A stretch of 64,000 nucleotides of DNA, taken from NCBI GenBank assembly GCA_012295275.1, contig CM022677.1:9858001-9922000 (forward strand). Reading direction: 5' to 3'. Below the pieces are notes generated by a model, which saw only the letters and a list, made by a program, of their open reading frames with translations, did not search any database and had not been told where the DNA came from. The DNA is from Chrysomallon squamiferum (lineage: Eukaryota; Animalia; Mollusca). This document shows, piece after piece, positions 12,458 through 25,519 of the stretch (the first letter of the stretch is position 1; the number at the start of each line of letters is the position of its first letter). Both the position numbers and the translations under genes were made by a program.

Positions 12458-14074
12458 AGAAAGTGGTTTATTTTTTGTACAACAAAACTGGAGTATTCTG
12501 AAGGCTGTTTATTTGAAATACTAACGTTCAGTTGACGCGTTGTTTTTTGTAGCTGGGCTACTTTTCACTTTTAGTATTCGTTTTAAAGAAAGCGCAAATA
12601 ATATCTGTTTTTTATTATTATTATTATTTTCTTTTTAATTATTATTTCAGTTTAGTAATTACTACATATACAGAGAGGACATATGATCGTGTTTATGTGT
12701 GGGGGGTGAGTGTGGGGAGTGTTTAAGCACGCATTTTATCTTGTTTACATGAAGGAGACAGGGATGGAAGATACATGAACAGATACATTACTATATATTA
12801 TTGTAGCTTGGGGTTTACAGTTTTTCTGTAATTGCAAGTTTTTAAATTGTTCCGTTTTTAAAAATAATAAAACAGAAATCCGAATTACTGATAGAAGTAA
12901 CAAGAACTTAACATCTAGATAAAACTATCTGAACTTTACATCTAGATAAAACTATTTGATCTAACACGACACTGCGTCTGCCCTGACTGTCAGTGTAACT
13001 CCAGTAATTTCTCTTTGAATCAGTGTCCGACAAGTTGTCGAACTTGCTGAGAGTCGTTAGCGCTGAGAACTTGACTGAAAAGCGTAATAAGCTGATCTAG
13101 AAATTTACTAACAGTAGAATTAGAATAGTGTTTTTATTAATGTTTGTTTTGGTTTGGTTTCAGTATGTCGTATTTGAACTGAACTTGACGCTTTTGATAA
13201 AAAGATCTGAGCTCGTTTTTTCACTCATTTCTGAAAACATTTCTATGCGTCTCACTCTGAGCCTCCGTGGAGAGAGATGTTTGATACACGCTGGGCTTGC
13301 AGTCATTAACGAGAATGCTGTTCCATCTCATGATCAAAAAAAAGAAAAAAGAAAAGACCCCCCCCCCCAAAACAACAAACAATTGATATTAGTATAATAA
13401 TATTAAAAATTAATATGAACGTAATGTTACTATCTTGCAATAGTGTACATTTTAATACTGAAGTTGCAAATATTAGCTGTATAAAAACATGTAAAGAGTG
13501 CTGAAATTAAAATGACTGATCAAAAAGACTTACCAACATTGATCCGATTAAAAAGAAAGTAAATACAAACGTGTTATAAAGACTTTTTCTTTATTTTATA
13601 TTAACCAGCGAGTATTAGCCGCGATGAAAACAGGCCATATTCGATTTAAAGGAAATACACCAAAGAGTTAATGGTCAGCCAAACTGTTTCTATTTTTTAC
13701 TGACTTGGGGCACGTGGTTTGTTTTCTGTTTAATACTGGTCAGGAAGACCACCATGCATTCATTCAGTTCTTCAGCATTCTTATTATTTATTTTGAAGCT
13801 GCTGAAATTTTAAAACGTAACCAAAGAATAAAATGTCACTCTTAATTCCAGTCTCTGGAATAGATTTCGTTCTTTTCAGCTTAAGATAAGACGCGATACC
13901 TTAAACCTAAAACTGAAAATCGTCAAAATATTATATTCTGTAAAAACAAATTTAAAATATTTTTTTTTTTTTTTTTTTAATTTTTAATTGTGAGGGTTCA
14001 CAGTGAAAATATAGTTTTGTCTAGTGTCCAGAGGCCCTGTTGGTTAAGTAAACATTTAATTCATCACAATAAAT

Positions 14075-14550
14075 GAAAAATCCCATTACTCGGCTGCAGC
14101 AGTCGCTGAGCCGACTTGCACATCCAGTGAACTTGGAGATGTATTAGAAGCCGTATGTTACTCTACTTGGAGATGTATTAGAAGCCGTATGTTACTCTAC
14201 TTGGAGATGTATTAGAAGCCGTATGTTACTCTACTTGGAGATGTATTAGAAGCCGTATGTTACTCTACTTGGAGATGTATTAGAAGCCGTATGTTACTCT
14301 ACGTGGAGATGTATTAGAAGCCGTATGTTACTCTACTTGGAGATGTATTAGAAACCGTATGTTACTTTACCAGTGGAGAAGAATTGCAAGAAGATCGTTA
14401 TCAACATTTCAAATCAGCCGAAATATACGAGGCGATGCTGCCGCTACATGTGATTCTCCTTCATTGGAAACATTAAACCAATCAAGTTGTTAATGAAATC
14501 TGAAGTCTACACAGACCAAATGTGATGACTAGGGGGCTGATTGGGTGTAA
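14075..14550 (+). mobile_element. Decayed fragment of a transposon-associated ORF, interrupted by the 34-bp expansion
   Basis: With the repeat collapsed it reads ELGDVLEAVCYFTSGEELQEDRYQHFKSAEIYEAMLP(fs)TCDS(fs)LHWKH. This resembles the LE.FVC.LY...RY..F....LPPT.D.L..H pattern of invertebrate transposon ORFs. Recognised from memory only. Confidence 0.4.
14131..14368. repeat. Minisatellite, 34 bp x 7
   Basis: acttggagatgtattagaagccgtatgttactct repeated head-to-tail, near-perfect, without spacers. Confidence 0.95.
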
Positions 14551-15653
14551 CTATTTCCGAGCGACAGACCCCTTTTAAAAATATATAATAGGAAAGAACA
14601 ATAGTTCACCTCTTAAACGTGGAATAAGGGTTCAAATCACGACACAGCCGTTCTGTCACACAGCACGTCGTCCTGGCTGTTAGAAAGATTCTAATCAAGT
14701 CAATTTAACCGCATACGTTTACATTTTGAGTGATTAAATCTGTGTTGAAGTGATACCGGATCTTCTTATGAATAAATTTTCTTACTGTGCCTTTGCCTTA
14801 GTTAAATCATTAAAGTTATTTAGGTACATCATTTCTATGAAGGTTTTAACATTTTATTTATTTCTGATGACAAAAAGATAAATCAATCTTTATTTAACCA
14901 AATTTATTATGATTATTACTACTACTTCTACTACTACTACTACTACTACTACTACTATTATCATCATCATCATCGTCGTCGTTTTTGTTGTTGTCTTGTT
15001 TTGTTCTTATTGACGTTAATAATTATTTGTTTTGCTTGAACCTACTGCTATTGTTGTTTCTATGGTTGCTGTTATTAATAGATTATTTTTATTGGTTTGT
15101 TGTTATAAATGCAACATTATAACTGTTGTTCTTATATTTTCATTTGTATCCACAAAGGAGTTTGCTTGCCATGAAACTGTTAAATTATAAGAAAACTAAC
15201 GCATCCTACCAAACCGGTTAGAAAAGTAGGAAAAGAACGAAACAGAATTAACTTATTTTCGTCAGTTGTTTTGGTGATCCCTTTTGTCTCGATAACAATA
15301 GACGTTTTCAAAAACCAATCATGCTGATGTTAGCGAGACTTTTCCAGTGTGAAATTCGCTTTGAAAGTGCAGCACGGTGAGTTAGTGTGGTCAGTTTCTC
15401 TTGTTATTGTGACTAATAATCAAGTCGTGATATAAAGTCGTGGTATTATATATGATCAGTATATAAATACAGATATGAAATAATGTTATTCATGTTTCAG
15501 TACAGTATTAATTTCCCAATTAACTGCAGGTAGCTCAAGTGTGACAGTGAGTGGAGTAGGTAGGCAAGGCCCTTGATTTTTTTTAGTGAGGTGCTCTCCT
15601 AGTTGGGGGCAAAAAAGTATCCTTTCGTAAAATACGTGGTGAATTATCCAGCA

Positions 15654-15738
<85 letters not shown>

Positions 15739-15936
15739 GTGTGTCTTTCTGAACGTTAATTTTGCAAATAACATAAAAGATCCCAAGCTACTAATGGATA
15801 ATCAGCTTTTATAATATGTTTTATTTAAATAAAAACAGCAAATTTGTCTTTATATGTATTATTTCACAGGTGGAAATTGTTTTATATTAAACTTGTTTTA
15901 TGAAATGCTTGGCAGGATGATCATTAACACCGATAA

Positions 15937-15997
<61 letters not shown>

Positions 15998-16403
15998 TAT
16001 GTGTATATATATATACTGAATTGCTGAAGTTTTGCTTTTCTGAAGTAACTGACTCGTTGGCGAAACACGGTTAATCAGTATCTGACTTTCTCCTGTAATT
16101 GTGCTACAGAACGATCGACTAGCTGGATTATTTCCTAAGCAGTGTTTTTGTTAAATGTATTGTACTTTCCCGATTACAAAATACAGCCTATAACCATGGA
16201 AGGGAAGTTAGTCTGTAGAACACAAATCTAGGGAAAGCCGTATTTCTGCCTTTGGGAAGGTAATAATTACAAACATTTGTTGTTTCTAATCGAAAACGTA
16301 TTTCTCAGCTGTTTGATCGTTCTTATCTTCAAAGATAACCGAATGTATTAGGTAATAACATTTCTTTATCCATGATTATTTATTTTTCATTTTACATTTT
16401 CAG

Positions 16404-17576
16404 ATGAGTATCAGTATAAGACGGCTTATACCGGTGCTGTGTATCGGAACACTTGTATCGATATTGGTGTACCAGTTGATTGCGCGGACCGTTGTTCAAC
16501 ATCATCTGAAGCGTGGGCTGATTCGAAACCTGTTGAAAAAAGTGCTACAGTCAGATTTTGAAACACCTTATTACATCAAGGATAACAGTTCACGATATTC
16601 CGCAAAACTCAAGACCACATTACAATCAAGTTACAGAAATCGTACAAAAAGTAAAAATAAAAAGTTTATTGTTTATTTATGTGATCGACATCAAGCTTGC
16701 GGCGGATGGGGAGACAGACAGAAGGGAATGATATCAGCTTTTCTATTGGCTAATGTAACCAACAGGAAGTTCCTAATCAATATGACGTCACCATGCAATC
16801 TAAACCAGTTTCTCGTACCAAATGAATATAACTGGCAGGAATCCGGTTTCAGTTTAGATGGGAAAACGTCAAGGATTATCGGAGGAGTCCGAGTGAGAGA
16901 TTATCAGCAGACGATTGGGAATGAGGATTTCAATCTCGCTTTTCCAGAAGATGTTGTGTATCTGAGGACAAACGCCGATCTTCTAAACACCATCAGAAAT
17001 AACGATCTTTACCAAAACGAGATTCCTGCATGGGCGAAAGGAAGGAGACAGGTTGCATTTAAGAATGCTTGGAACATTTTATTCCGTCCCTCCGTGGAGC
17101 TTGAAGAAGAAATGAATCAGTTATTAACCGGGATAGACCTTACACTGAATGATTCTCTCGTCTGCGCCCACGTACGGGTAGGCAAGAACCCGGATATGCC
17201 GAATGATTCTCCGAAAAGGAACGAAGTAGCGTCTCTTCCAGCGTTGTGGTCATTTCTGAAGAAGTATGAAGACCGAGCCAAAAAGATATTTATTGCCACC
17301 GATTCCACCTCGGTGAGAAACGTTTCTCGTAAAATGTTTGGTCTAAAATCCCTGGACACGGATGGAAAAATTCTTCATATAGATAGACAGAGGAAACGTG
17401 AAGATGCTTGTAGGGGTTTGCGGTACGCCATCTTAGATCAGCTGATGTTAACGAAGTGTCGTGTTCTCGTCGTCTCTGGAAGTAACTTCAGTATCCGAGC
17501 CGCTTTCATCAGAGGTTCTAACTCAAATTTGTTCATTTTCAAAAATGGCGTCGTCCAGTCATTCCGTTTACCATAA
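16404..17576 (+). CDS. Type II membrane fucosyltransferase-superfamily (GT-B) glycosyltransferase, paralog 2, 390 aa
   Basis: ttttcag|ATG. TM helix LIPVLCIGTLVSILVYQLI. Motifs CGGWGDRQ, MTSPC, LVCAHVRVG, IFIATDS, HIDR, ILDQLMLTKCRVLVVSGSNFSIRAA. Confidence 0.92.
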   Translation: MSISIRRLIPVLCIGTLVSILVYQLIARTVVQHHLKRGLIRNLLKKVLQSDFETPYYIKDNSSRYSAKLKTTLQSSYRNRTKSKNKKFIVYLCDRHQACGGWGDRQKGMISAFLLANVTNRKFLINMTSPCNLNQFLVPNEYNWQESGFSLDGKTSRIIGGVRVRDYQQTIGNEDFNLAFPEDVVYLRTNADLLNTIRNNDLYQNEIPAWAKGRRQVAFKNAWNILFRPSVELEEEMNQLLTGIDLTLNDSLVCAHVRVGKNPDMPNDSPKRNEVASLPALWSFLKKYEDRAKKIFIATDSTSVRNVSRKMFGLKSLDTDGKILHIDRQRKREDACRGLRYAILDQLMLTKCRVLVVSGSNFSIRAAFIRGSNSNLFIFKNGVVQSFRLP

Positions 17577-17974
17577 CAGTGAATTCGCAAAGGTAGGGAA
17601 GGGGAGGAAATGGGGGGGGGGAAATAGAAAAGGAAAGAAAGAAATTGATCATGACGTGTTAATAAATATTTCATTAATTCTGAGAAAGTTTATTTCTAAA
17701 TATATTTTTGTTATCATTAAATTTTTTTGGCGCTATTAAAATATTATAAATTCAGCTTACGTAACACACACATACAAACACACACACAGAAACGCGCGCG
17801 CGCGCTCGCATACTCCTCAAAACAAAGGAAACAACTGAACAGTTATAATTTTCTAAAGCTTGATTTTCCTTTTGTATATTAACACTTAACACTAACTGAG
17901 AACGGAAACTGAGTCTAGCATGTCTATGTATCATATATTCTAAATATTATAAGTTGTTATTTAACTAAATATGT

Positions 17975-18038
17975 ATCAAGATACAACTGAACTTACTATA
18001 AATAAAAGAAAAACAGAGAGGCTGCCTTTTTTGTGAGG

Positions 18039-18072
<34 letters not shown>

Positions 18073-18490
18073 AGCCTCACTTAAATATATAGAAAACTTC
18101 AAGACTGGAGGTAATAAAGTTTATTAAGAAATTTGTTTTATTATTAATATTTTTAAAAAAATATTTCTTGTAGCAAATATAGTTAATACTAAACCATCTT
18201 TTTTTTTTCAAAAAAAAAAAAAAAAAAAAACCCCAAACAAACCCAAAACAATAATGTATATATAATACACCACACACATACATATGTGTGTATGTGATAA
18301 TTTAGTTTTAAACAAAAAGAGAAACATTTTACTCGAATTGGTTTCTATTATTGAAGATAGAACTGAACTTACTATAAATAAAAGAAAAACAGAAATGCTG
18401 CCCTTTTTGTGAGGATGTGTGTATATGTGTGTTTTTGTGCGTGTGTGTGGGTGTGTGTGTTAAGCCTCACTTAATTATATAGAAATAGCA
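17975..18490. repeat. Direct duplication (~120 bp, ~375 bp apart) of the AATAAA-containing segment downstream of paralog 2
   Basis: aactgaacttactataaataaaagaaaaacaga...tttgtgaggat(GT)n..ttaagcctcacttaa occurs at ~17985 and ~18361. Confidence 0.85.
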
Positions 18491-18884
18491 AGACAATGGG
18501 AGAGAGGGGCAGTAGCCTATAGCAGGAAACGTTAATTTCAGTACATTTCATTCCCCCCTCCCATATCCCCCCAAAAAAAAAGTAAAAGTAAAAACAAACA
18601 AATAAATAAACAATCCCAGCTGAGCTAAACGAAGTTTCATCAAACCGCAATAGTAAAGGAATACGAGAAAGTGAAAACTAGCCTTAATAAATTTTCCCGA
18701 CTGTTAGCAGAATTTAATCATTACATGCAGTCAGGTAAAGGAGGCACCAGAAACACGACACTTTTGTCAGGCTGGTTTACAACACGGCTGTAACTGTTGT
18801 TAGCAGTTAATGATCATTCCACATTTGTTGCGTGGGTCTTTTAGAAAATGGGGGAAAAAAATAAAATGTTTTTCTTCTTGACAG

Positions 18885-18953
18885 ACGATACAGTGATGTT
18901 GTCGTACACACACAGGTAGTGCTATGACGTCGCTAAGGATTCCACAACCAAAG
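18885..18953 (+). other. Candidate non-coding 5'UTR exon of glycosyltransferase paralog 3
   Basis: Acceptor tttttcttcttgacag| ends at 18884; donor AAG|gtaaga at 18954. An upstream donor CAG|gtaaag lies at 18735. The surroundings are CpG-rich. The link to the 23623 acceptor is inferred. Confidence 0.45.
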
Positions 18954-19622
18954 GTAAGATGGATAACTATCTGAAAATTAAACTTGATTTATAAATAAAC
19001 TTTACGGAAGAAGCTAACGCTTTTCATGTTTAATGAAGAATACAGAATGTCGGGTCACGGGGGTCATAAAGAGTAAGAATAGTAAGCATTAACTAAAATG
19101 ATGACATTCTGCAGAGGCAAAGAAACGAAGAGAAAGAAGGAGTTTGACAGGGTTGGAAGTAATGTTACAATGGCGGCGGACTTCACTCTCGCGCGGCATC
19201 GCGTTCTGCAAGTGATCCGTAAATGTGTGATACTATAAATAGACTGATAACCACTGTTCAGTTTTAATCTGCAGTGCAAATACAGAATATTACCGTATGT
19301 TAGATAAAGCATATAATGTAATATTATATAGCAAAAGCTCTGTCGTTCGTTTTCAATATTTATATTTATATACACATACATACATTTTCAAACTAAAGAA
19401 TTTATAACTTAATTTTTAAATAAATATATAAACATTCTATAAAAGTATTCTATAAAAAAAAATTATATATGTGTATGTGAGTGTGGGTGTATGTTTGTGT
19501 ATGCATTATTTTACGTTTCTATTTGTTGATTTTGTTTTATTATCGAAATCTTTAATTTTAAATTTATGTTTTTCGCATGTAATATTATATCAATATCTCT
19601 GTGTTTTTTTAATTTTATAATA

Positions 19623-19756
19623 TGTTGTATATGTAGATATGTATATATATATATACGTGTGTGTGTGTGTGTGTGTTTGTGTCTCTCTCTCTATATAGAG
19701 ACACACACACACACATATACACGTATATATATATATACATATCTACATATACAACA
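19623..19756. repeat. Long inverted repeat (palindrome)
   Basis: tgttgtatatgtagatatgtatatatatatatacgtgt(GT)n...(CA)n..acacgtatatatatatatacatatctacatatacaaca. The arms are reverse complements. Confidence 0.9.
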
Positions 19757-20008
19757 AACAAATAAACATATATTTAAATTAAAGAAGTTATAACTAAATG
19801 TTTTAAATAAATATATAAACATGTATTTTTTTGATGTGTTCCATAAACATAATTACAGTATGTATATTTGGGTGTGTTGTTTGTGTTTCTACCTGTTTGT
19901 TGATTTTCTTTTATTATCGAAATCTTCATTGTTTTTAAATCTATGTGTGCTTTTTTTTTTTGCATCATTATTGTTATTGTTATTATTGTTATTGTATTAT
20001 TATTATTA

Positions 20009-20058
<50 letters not shown>

Positions 20059-20074
20059 TACAATCACCAATTTA

Positions 20075-20130
<56 letters not shown>

Positions 20131-20676
20131 ATTATTGTTATGATTACTGCTGCTGCCGCTGATACCACTACGACTACTTACTTCTACTGCGTCTACTTCT
20201 ACTACTACTGCTGCTATTACTGCTCATGGACGATTATTAACCTACTATTACAACTACTACTGCGACATTGACAATTTTATAATAAGATGAAGAAAACTAC
20301 ATTTTCTTCACCGTGACATCTCTTTTTTGACATTAATTAAATTAAAAAAAAATTTCTTCGTTCTTTTTCCTTTAAAAAAAAAAAAACATTTGTTATTATT
20401 ATTATTATTATTTATTTCTTTTTATTTCTGTAGCTTTATTGATTAAAAAAATATCTTTACAAATAAATAATGTATTCTCTGTGTGTCTGTCTGTTTCTCT
20501 CTGATTAGTGAGCCTACACACACATACTTTATATAATACAGGAAGGGTGTGAGAGAGAGATAGATAAAATATAGACAGACAGATAATGAGATATACGGAG
20601 AAAGAGAAACAGAATTTTTCAGAAAGAAAATTTCAGAATGGAATGTGTACAGGAATAATTGTTATTGTTATTGTTG

Positions 20677-20721
<45 letters not shown>

Positions 20722-21324
20722 TTTATTGTTATTATGATTGCTGACGTAACAGTGGTGTTTGTAGGAGAAGCAATTCTAGTATTTATTTTCCCCGTTGTTT
20801 TAGTTTTAAAAGTTCCCACATTTAGAAAAAAAGGGTTAAAAGCCAAATATTTTTTTTTTCAGTTGTTTTCAGTATATCTTAAGCGGAATCGTTTCTGCTG
20901 CCTAAAAGTTATTTTAACTCCTTAAGAAAACGAAATGAACACTGTCATGTGACAGCATTTCAACCAGTCACTGCAGAGAGATAGTTGTACTTGATAAGCT
21001 TTATTATCTGTTATCGCATTCTTCATAAAGTTGCGAAATTGTTTTCAACTAAGAAAAAAAAAAAAAAAAATCCTTTTCTTTTTGGCAGGTATAATCCAGT
21101 ATATAATAATAATTTATAACAGATGTCTATGTTCTTCAGACTTTATTCTAAAATTTGAAAAGAAAATATACAAAAAAGGAAAAGAAAAAATAAAGAAAAA
21201 GAAAGATAAACAAAATAATCTGTATGTTAATATACCTTTAACTGAAATATTTTGTTCTGTAATCTTATTTCTTTGTTATTTTCTTTATATATTTATTATT
21301 TTAAGAGATTTATCATCTTTATTC

Positions 21325-21480
21325 TCTTTTTATTCCTCTATATCGTTTTTAAATCGTTTATATATTTTTTTATTCCTCTGTATATCTTTTTTGAACTCGT
21401 CTATATATATATTTTTTTATTCCTCTGTATATCTTTTTTCAACTCGTCTATATATATATTTTTCAAAATCCTCGACATAT
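21325..21480. repeat. Degenerate tandem repeat, ~45-50 bp x 3
   Basis: ttattcctctgtatatcttttt..aactcgtctatatatatatttttt is repeated. Confidence 0.7.
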
Positions 21481-22251
21481 CGTCTTCACATCCTAGCCGT
21501 CTTCGTATCTTCAATGTTTATCTGTATTTTGAAAACGCGTTTTTTGTTACGTTTCGCTGGCAGGAAGTGGCGGACAGTGTTTTCACTGTAAACATCTTAC
21601 CTAGGCTGCCAAATACAGCTTACCATCGACTGATCGCCCCTGGAGCAAAGAGATGGGTGTGGCGAAATATGATCCTAGTCTGAGGGTCTCTTTTAACACG
21701 GATGTGTATATTTGTCTTTCAGTTCCTGTGCTTGTGTTCCCAGTATTAAAGTTTCTCTGTATAAATATACTTGAATTATCGTATTAGTTTGTTCAATATG
21801 ATTATACACATACATACATACATACATACATACATACATACATACATACACGCATACATAGACAAATACATACAACAGCAAAACGAACAACAACAACAAC
21901 AACAACGCAATAATAATAATAATAATAAACAAAATATTTATCATGACAGTTATACGGCACTCTTGAAATAAATATACTTTCAGTTGTAATTCTTAGATGG
22001 TTGGATTAATGCTTTGGATGTCAGACATTCCGAGTTAGGGTTTCGTAACCTCGCTCTCTTTAAAATAATCATTTTCCCAGACAAAATAGGTGACCGATTT
22101 CTACACACAAATTATGGACTTGACCCGACCCAGAACGTCATAACAGTAAAAAAAGGTCTTGAATAATTTAAAACATATTTCAAATACCTCAGTAAGTTTT
22201 ATGTTAATTTGTAGAGTTTACCCCATTAGAATTTTGTAATTAATTGAAGAA

Positions 22252-22364
<113 letters not shown>

Positions 22365-22847
22365 CAGACACAAACTCACACAATATATAAACACATATAT
22401 AGGCAACACACTCTTTTTTATTTTAGATCCGTTTGATTCTGAATTATTAAACTCAGGACAACAATTTTTGTTCTGATCTCGTGCAGAAATGTGTAATCAA
22501 AATATATATATACAAAATTTAAATAAGCAAATGTCTGAGAATGAAGAATAAATAATTTTATAACGAAAAAAATTAATACTTTCAGCTTCTGATGTTGCTG
22601 GAGTTGCTATTTTTGGAATTCTCTGAAGTTGTTGCTTATCTAGCTTAGTGCGTACTGCCCTTTGTCCCCATCAAATAAACACATTATTTCTGACATGCGC
22701 ATATGTAACTCAGTACGTAATGAATGTATAGGCTGCATGATGTATAATCAGTTTTTCTGCTTTTCTGTCTATCTCTTGATCAGTGTGTCCTGAGTAAAAT
22801 TATTTCTGTACGTCTGCACAATAGCATAAATATATATATATATATAT

Positions 22848-22894
<47 letters not shown>

Positions 22895-23627
22895 CACATA
22901 CAAACAAGACATATGAAAATATTTATGAGGCATGCAGTTTTGTTGAAGAAATCTGACGTCTTTAAACAAAGAGATTATCATGCGCTGTAGTAACTAAGCA
23001 GATAAACAGGAAATCGATGTAATCCTGTTTACAAGCTGATGTTTCATTCTAATTCAGTTTTAATGCATTTCGTCACGTAATTGTAAAACCAAAAAAAAAA
23101 AAACAACCACAAGGAAATGGAAAAAAAGGAAAAAAAGAAAAATGAAATGTATGCATGAGAAAATATAAATAATTCCAAGCAGAGAGAAAAAACACAACAT
23201 TAAAAAAGACATTTATAAGGCAACCTGTCAAGTTTTTTGCAGAAACGTTTTGACGATAAAGTTAATGTTAGTTATTCTGTGTGACTATCTGTATTTCTCA
23301 CTCAGTATTTCTCTGTCTCCCTCTCTCTGTATCTCTGTCTCTCTCTCTTCCTCTCTAATTTTCCTTCTCTTTCTGTCTCCCTCCCACTCTGTATCTATCT
23401 TTCACTCTCATACTTGCTCCCCTCTCTCTCTCACGCACATCCACATACATACAGTTTCGTTTTTCTCCTTCTCTCGCTCATTCACACAATCTTTTTTCCT
23501 TTCTTTTTCCTCTTTGTTTATAAGTTTGTTTGTATATCTGTGTGTGTGTTTGTGCGAGTGTAAAGATCTGTGTAAGTGTGTGTGTGTGTGTATATATATA
23601 TAAAATGTTTTTCTTTTTTTCAGAGTG

Positions 23628-25058
23628 ATGGAGTTACGAATATCAAGATGCAGGCTGGTGTTGTTGCTGTTCGTCTTCATGACGTCGACAGTGATGTTGT
23701 ACTTGCTGCGAGTTGTAGACAGTCAGACTGGAAGAAGTCGTGTAATTCAGTACAGGAGGAGACTTGATCCTGGCCGTCACGCCTTAATCGTAAGACCAAC
23801 CAACAAGACACTGTTAAAGCAACATTTTAAAGAATTTGTTAGTTTATATGCAGACAATGACGACGAAGAAGCCGTAGATGATTATTACAATGTGTTGTTT
23901 AACAAGAAACCAAGTAAAAGAAAATGGGTTCAAGAGAGTGTAAAAAAGTGGAAATCACTGGATTTTCAGGATGTCACCTATCCTGAAGATACAACTATAA
24001 AGTCTCAGAAAGAACCGAATACGGATGAAATTAATGACGATAATACAAACATATGGGGTAAAAGTGTTATCAAAATGAAACCTCTGAATACTGCGGACAA
24101 GAGCAATTTGTTGGGCTTTCCTGAGCCTTTGAAAAATAAGTATTTAATTTACCTCTGTGATGGAACAATGCGTTGCGGCGGGTGGGGTGACAGACAGAGG
24201 GGGATGGTCGGCACGTTTATCTTAGCAGTGGTCACCAAGCGGCACTTCGGTATAAAAATGACGTCACCCTGTGACCTTGCCAACTTCTACGAACCAAATC
24301 TCGTTAACTGGACAGTTCCTAACGACATTCTAAATGATCCACATGCCGTTTATATTGATGCTATTGACAATTCTGATTTTAAATTTTCGCTGCAACATTT
24401 AGATTTTAACCAGAAGTATCCTGAAAATGTCATATTTTTGAGAAACAATGTTGATTTTGTTCCCGCATTGTGGAAAAACTTTAAATATAAAAATAATTTT
24501 CCTAAATGGGCTCAGGGGAGATATCGTTCGGCTAGATTTTCTAAAGGTTGGAAAATACTTTTTAAACCTACGTGGCGACTACAACAACGTTATGATGACG
24601 TCATGTCGCAGTTTGACACATCGTTGGCTAGAAAGCTTGTCTGTGCTCATATTAGAATAGGTAAAAATCCCACAATTCCTGAAGACCAGAATCAGCGGAA
24701 TCCTATTCCTAGTGCTTTCGTTGTGTGGCATTTTTTATCAAAATACATAAAGGCACCAAATACTCGTGTTTTTATTGCTACTGACGCAGATCAGGTGCGT
24801 AAGATGGCGGCGGAGGAATTTAACGCTGATCTGTTGAGGGTAAACGGAGACATTCGCCACATTGATCGGCAGAGGAACATGACGGGCGTGTGTGACGGTT
24901 TTGAAACCGCGTTACTGGAGCAGATGATACTTATTGACTGTGATGTGTTGGTTACTAGCGAGAGTGGGTTTAGTATTTTAGCCGCTGATATCAGAAATTC
25001 TAATAAAGAACTCTACAGACTGGAAGAAGGACACATTATTCCATATAAAATGATTTGA
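23628..25058 (+). CDS. Type II membrane fucosyltransferase-superfamily (GT-B) glycosyltransferase, paralog 3, 476 aa
   Basis: tttttttcag|AGTG-ATG with ATG at 23628 (the track start at 23625 is GTG). TM helix LVLLLFVFMTSTVMLYLL. Motifs CGGWGDRQRG, MTSPC, LVCAHIRIG, VFIATDA, HIDR, LLEQMILIDCDVLVTSESGFSILAA. Confidence 0.92.
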   Translation: MELRISRCRLVLLLFVFMTSTVMLYLLRVVDSQTGRSRVIQYRRRLDPGRHALIVRPTNKTLLKQHFKEFVSLYADNDDEEAVDDYYNVLFNKKPSKRKWVQESVKKWKSLDFQDVTYPEDTTIKSQKEPNTDEINDDNTNIWGKSVIKMKPLNTADKSNLLGFPEPLKNKYLIYLCDGTMRCGGWGDRQRGMVGTFILAVVTKRHFGIKMTSPCDLANFYEPNLVNWTVPNDILNDPHAVYIDAIDNSDFKFSLQHLDFNQKYPENVIFLRNNVDFVPALWKNFKYKNNFPKWAQGRYRSARFSKGWKILFKPTWRLQQRYDDVMSQFDTSLARKLVCAHIRIGKNPTIPEDQNQRNPIPSAFVVWHFLSKYIKAPNTRVFIATDADQVRKMAAEEFNADLLRVNGDIRHIDRQRNMTGVCDGFETALLEQMILIDCDVLVTSESGFSILAADIRNSNKELYRLEEGHIIPYKMI

Positions 25059-25519
25059 GAAAAATATGTTTGCTCAGTTAATAAGAATTATCAGACATGA
25101 CTGATACGAATAGCGTGTGGAAAGGATGGATGTTGTGGGTTACTATCATATATTTTAATATTTTTGACAAAATGTTATTTGTGTTTAAACATTGCCACAT
25201 TTTAAATAATAATAACGTTTTAAATTCACTACTAATTTATTTCTGCAATAAAATATTAACCTTGATATTGGTATTGCTACTCAAATAACGATTATTATTT
25301 TCTTATGTTTTGATAAATTTTTGATTGTTTCCATGCCAGCTCGTATTTATTTTCTTCTTGTTTTTTAAATTTTAATTTTATGTTTTGAAATTTGTTAAAG
25401 ACTATATATCATTGTTGAAATTATACTTTTATAAACTGATAATAGCCAAGACAATGCATTTTTTCACTGTGTTATATTTTGAGAGAAAACAATTCAATTA
25501 ATAAGTCTTGCGTTAGGCT

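Noticed and set aside
14131-14368. CRISPR-like 34-bp repeats
   Set aside because: The units are contiguous with no unique spacers, there are no cas genes, and the context is eukaryotic.
16782-16790. CRE palindrome TGACGTCA in all three transferases
   Set aside because: It is explained by the conserved (M/V)TS codons of the TSPC motif.
21031-21683. 186-aa and 143-aa ORFs
   Set aside because: They have non-ATG starts and low-complexity or tandem-repeat-derived composition, within the presumed 5' intron of paralog 3.
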